Source of the DNA: Candidatus Odinarchaeia archaeon
GTDB lineage: Archaea > Asgardarchaeota > Odinarchaeia > Odinarchaeales > Odinarchaeaceae
Length of the DNA: 7,747 bases
Direction of reading: 5' to 3'
NCBI GenBank assembly: GCA_029856525.1
Contig: JAHQXC010000062.1
Coordinates: forward strand, 1 to 7,747
A program made the position numbers and the translations under genes. Numbering within the stretch: the stretch's first letter is position 1; each line of letters begins with the position of its first letter. Below, in pieces: positions 5,852 to 7,747 of the stretch. The notes under the pieces were generated by a model. The model was not told the origin of the DNA. It ran no database searches and saw only the letters and a program-made list of their open reading frames with translations.

Positions 5852-6496
5852 ATGGAAAGCGTTGAAAGAGAAATACAGCTGCTTAAAAAGCAACTAACCA
5901 GTCTTGAAGGTGTTAAAATCGATGTCACCGGATTAAGATTAATGCTTGATAGAGTTGTCAGATTACTGGAACAGCAGCCTAACACAGATAAAGAAGCTTT
6001 AACAACAGTTATAAAAGATAGTGAAACTGTTAAACAAGACGCTCTTGATAGAATTATTTTTGAAAGCGTTTCAGTTTCAAGAAGATTACAGAAAGGCGTT
6101 GTATTTTTATCCTCAGTGAAATTTTTTCAAAACCAGGCTATTCCAATGTACACCACCGTCGTAGAATTCGATGATGAGAATATAGTTGGTGATAATGAGA
6201 AAGCTTTTGAAAGAATAGCGAATTATCTTTCCGCTCTTTCAAACATCGATAGAATAAGAATACTCTGCGCTCTCGCTGAAAGAGATAGATCAGCTAAAGA
6301 GATACAGAAGCTTTCAGGTAAGAAAGGAGGGTCCCTTTACCATCACTTAAACGCTTTAATCAAACAGAATTTAATTGAGAAAGTTGGTAATAATTACAGT
6401 TTAACAGAAAACGGTAGAGAGATAATGGTTATAATGGGTTTAATTAACCAGCAGGCTATATTTCTGGAGAGGTTGGAGTCTAATCTCAGTGTTTAA
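5852..6496 (+). CDS. ArsR-type winged helix-turn-helix transcriptional regulator with an N-terminal coiled coil
   Basis: The C-terminal LSALSNIDRIRILCALAERDRSAKEI...GGSLYHHLNALIKQNLIEK...YSLTENG is an ArsR/HTH_20-like wHTH. The N-terminal IQLLKKQLTSLE...LRLMLDRVVRLLE is zipper-like. Confidence 0.9.
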   Translation: MESVEREIQLLKKQLTSLEGVKIDVTGLRLMLDRVVRLLEQQPNTDKEALTTVIKDSETVKQDALDRIIFESVSVSRRLQKGVVFLSSVKFFQNQAIPMYTTVVEFDDENIVGDNEKAFERIANYLSALSNIDRIRILCALAERDRSAKEIQKLSGKKGGSLYHHLNALIKQNLIEKVGNNYSLTENGREIMVIMGLINQQAIFLERLESNLSV

Positions 6497-6606
6497 ATTA
6501 ACATTGAAGGTTTAACTGTCTACACGACATTTATAAATCTATTATAAGAATGCCGCCACCAGATTATTTTCAACCAGTTTTAAAAGAGGAACCTCAGCTT
6601 ATAATT

Positions 6607-7722
6607 TTAGATTAGTTTCTTAATATTTATTTTATCCGCTGGAAGAGTCGAAAGTTCTTTCTCTATTCTCTTTAAGAGGAGAATTCTCTTATATGTTGGA
6701 GGATGGGTTGCAAACTTAGCGCTTAAACCGCTCAGCTTAGTTTTTTTAGCCTCACTCTCCATGGCTATTAGTAATTCATGTTCGTTGAGAACACCGTCTT
6801 TATCGAGGTCAAACTCTTCTTTATGCTCTCTAACATACGCCACCTCTAATTTCGCCTGCGATGGATCTGCTATATAGAGATTTCTCATCGCGCTACTCTG
6901 ATTACTCGGAGGGGCTAAAGATAACCCCCATGTTATTTTAGCTAAAGCGCTTTGCATAGAATGAGGGTCACCTGTGGATATAGCTGAGTGAGCGTCAGCG
7001 TAGTGTTCGCGAAGCCTGCTTAGCCCTCTAACTGCTAGAAGTGATAAGAAGAAGATAGCTGAGGCTATAGCTATTATTATCAGGATCACTACTATAAAAC
7101 CAGCGTCTCCCCCTCGACTGGTAGAGCGTGATGAACGACCGAAACCGTAAGCTGTATATAATCCCCCTCTCAATACTAGAAGCGCTAGTAATGGAACGCC
7201 CGCCGCTAAAGTCATTATAATAACGTCTCTATGCTTTAAATGACCGATTTCATGGCCTATAACCGCTTTTATCTCGTTTTTGTTAAGTGATTTTAATAAC
7301 CCTGTGGTTAAGCATAGAGAAGCGCTCCCAGCAGTGCGGCCGTAAACGAAGGCGTTTGGAGCCTCTATATCTACAATTTTTATTTTAGGCGGTTTAACAC
7401 CTGCATTATAAGATAGCTCCTCAACTGTTTTCTCTATCCACGGGTTCTCACCTTTTCTTAGAATACGAGGCTTCATAGCATATTCGACAGATGAGGATCC
7501 TAGCAGCCATTGAACTGTTAAAAATATAGCCACGGATATAAAACCCCATATTATATCTCTAGGTATGGGGATATACACGCCTGTGTTGAAGATCGGAATC
7601 CAGTATAATGCTTCGAAGAAGAAGTCGATAGCGTAAACTATTCCGAAAATAAATATTAACTCTAATATTATTATTAGAATAATAGACTGGCTCATCTTAA
7701 TTTTTAATTGATTTAAATTCAT
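6607..7722 (-). CDS. htpX: HtpX-family (M48) membrane zinc metalloprotease with an EF-hand-like loop
   Basis: PNAFVYGR, HEIGH (HExxH, 7240-7254) followed by KHRD, SRLREHYAD and FATHPPTYKRI, plus N-terminal and central TM helices. A GGTGG SD lies at 7727-7731. Confidence 0.95.
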   Translation of the reverse strand: MNLNQLKIKMSQSIILIIILELIFIFGIVYAIDFFFEALYWIPIFNTGVYIPIPRDIIWGFISVAIFLTVQWLLGSSSVEYAMKPRILRKGENPWIEKTVEELSYNAGVKPPKIKIVDIEAPNAFVYGRTAGSASLCLTTGLLKSLNKNEIKAVIGHEIGHLKHRDVIIMTLAAGVPLLALLVLRGGLYTAYGFGRSSRSTSRGGDAGFIVVILIIIAIASAIFFLSLLAVRGLSRLREHYADAHSAISTGDPHSMQSALAKITWGLSLAPPSNQSSAMRNLYIADPSQAKLEVAYVREHKEEFDLDKDGVLNEHELLIAMESEAKKTKLSGLSAKFATHPPTYKRILLLKRIEKELSTLPADKINIKKLI

Positions 7723-7747
7723 TAAACCACCGTTAAATAAAATATTA

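Overview
AT-rich archaeal window, judged from TATA/BRE promoters, GGAG/GGTGA Shine-Dalgarno sites, an A/V-type ATPase and a PIN toxin-antitoxin pair. A TACK/Asgard origin is only a guess. Left end (1-940): decayed accessory DNA, consisting of a chimeric ORF that appears to join a tyrosine-integrase N-terminus to a frameshifted, truncated radical-SAM (spore-photoproduct-lyase-like) N-terminus, followed by a convergent antitoxin/PIN pair whose toxin carries an in-frame TGA at codon 20. Centre (1287-4876, minus strand): a membrane-sector-only A/V-ATPase cluster, I(a) - small 2-TM protein - C(d) - K(c), with no A1/V1 genes next to it. Subunit I has an N-terminal stator domain about 90-100 aa shorter than usual, and near-identical 20-bp promoter elements precede atpI and atpK. 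Right end: an unknown all-helical protein, a divergent ArsR-type winged-helix regulator preceded by a helically phased TGTA-N7-TACA operator array, and a convergent HtpX protease carrying a canonical EF-hand loop. No rRNA, tRNA or CRISPR array was seen. All family calls come from motif recognition by eye; no searches were run.
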